Shown in pieces: positions 62,990-64,000 of a stretch of 64,000 nucleotides of DNA; position 1 is the first letter of the stretch; every line of letters starts with the position of its first letter. Made by a program: the position numbers and the translations under genes. The stretch lies in NCBI RefSeq assembly GCF_004010195.1, contig NC_057718.1:56118603-56182602 (forward strand), read 5' to 3'. This DNA comes from Chiloscyllium plagiosum (Eukaryota). A model generated the notes under the pieces. The model saw only the letters and a list, made by a program, of their open reading frames with translations. It was not told the DNA's origin and ran no database searches.

Positions 62990-64000
62990 TCATAGAGTCA
63001 TAGAATATTGGAGTCATAGAGTCATACAGCACAGAAGCAGACCTTTCAGCTCAATTCATCAATGTCAAACAGGTTTCCTAAACTGAATTAGTCCCATTTG
63101 CCTGCATTTTGTCTCTATCCCTCTAAACCTTTCCTATCCATACACCTATCCACATGTGTTTTAAATGTTGTAATTGTACTTGCCTCGACCATTTCCTCTG
63201 GCAACTTATTCCATATACATACCATCCTCTGCGTAAAAAAGTTGCCCGTCAGGTCTCTTTTAAATCTCTCCCCTCTCACCTTAAGCCTAGGCCCTCTAGT
63301 TTTGAACTCCCTTCCCTTGGTGAGAAGACCTTGGCTATTAATTTTATCTATGTCCCTCATGATTTTATAAACCTTTATAAGGTCACCCCTCAGTTTCCTA
63401 CGCTCCAGGGGAAAAAAGTCCCAGCATTTCCAGCCTCTCCTTATAACTCAAACTCTCCAGGCTCGGTAGCATTCTTGTAAATCTTTTTTGCACTCTTTCT
63501 AGTTTAATAACATTCTTCCTATAGCAGGGCGACTAGAATTGTATGCAGCACTCCAAATGTGGCCACTGATGTCTTGTACAGCTGTAACATGATGACCCAA
63601 CTCCTCTTACTCAATTCATGCAAGCATGGGCGGCACGGTGGCACAGTGGTTAGCACTGCCTCACAGTGCCAGAGACCCGGGTTCAATTCCCGCCTCAGGC
63701 AACTGTCTGTGTGGAGTTTGTACATTCTCCCCGTGTCTGCTTGGGTTTCCTCCGGGTGCTCCAGTTTCCTCCCACAGTCCAAAGATGTGCAGGTCAGGTG
63801 AATTGGCCATGCTAAATTGCCCGTAGCGTTAGGTGAAGGGGTAAATGTAGGGGAATGGGTCTGGGTGGGTTGCTCTTCGGAGGGCCGGTGTGGACTTGTT
63901 GGGCCAAAGGACCTGTTTCCACACTGTAAGTAATCTAATCTAATCTAATGCTAAAGCTTTCTTCACCACCTTGTTTACCTGTGATGCCACTTTCCAGGAA
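62990..64000 (-). mobile_element. CR1/HER1-type LINE 3' fragment interrupted by an HE1 SINE
   Basis: ORF 63115..63360 (GNFFTQRMVCIWNKLPEEMVEA); tandem catagagt tail at about 62990-63025. Confidence 0.9.
63628..63948 (+). mobile_element. Near full-length young HE1-type V-SINE
   Basis: gggcggcacggtggcacagtggttagcac A-box, gggttcaattccc B-box, full V-domain, (taatc)n tail, CpGs retained. Confidence 0.92.

Overview
AT-rich, repeat-dense vertebrate genomic DNA. The repeat content (HE1/V-SINEs, CR1/HER1-type LINEs, DeuSINE relics, abundant Penelope-like elements) points to a shark or ray; this taxon call is inference. One protein-coding gene is recognisable: the 5' half of reticulon-4 (RTN4/Nogo) on the minus strand. 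It has a CpG/CCAAT promoter at about 43.3-43.7 kb, exon 1 (43227-42894), a candidate extra 36-nt micro-exon (32543-32508), the 57-nt exon 2 with a GC donor (20270-20214) and a 2868-nt Nogo-A-type exon (13335-10468). All junctions are phase 1, and the reticulon-domain exons lie beyond position 1. Almost all other ORF-track entries are transposon debris or chance ORFs. The most striking non-genic structure is a set of small non-coding fold-back (hairpin) elements built from Penelope terminal repeats (59.2, 61.2 and 62.1 kb; older examples at 13.7-15.1 and 31.6 kb). The three clustered copies have target-site duplications, a one-sided tail of about 35-40 nt and minimal hammerhead-ribozyme motifs, in one case with intact cores on both strands. 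There is a 267-N assembly gap at 45769-46035. Exon and ribozyme coordinates were read base by base; repeat boundaries are approximate, and comparisons to human proteins are from memory rather than computed.
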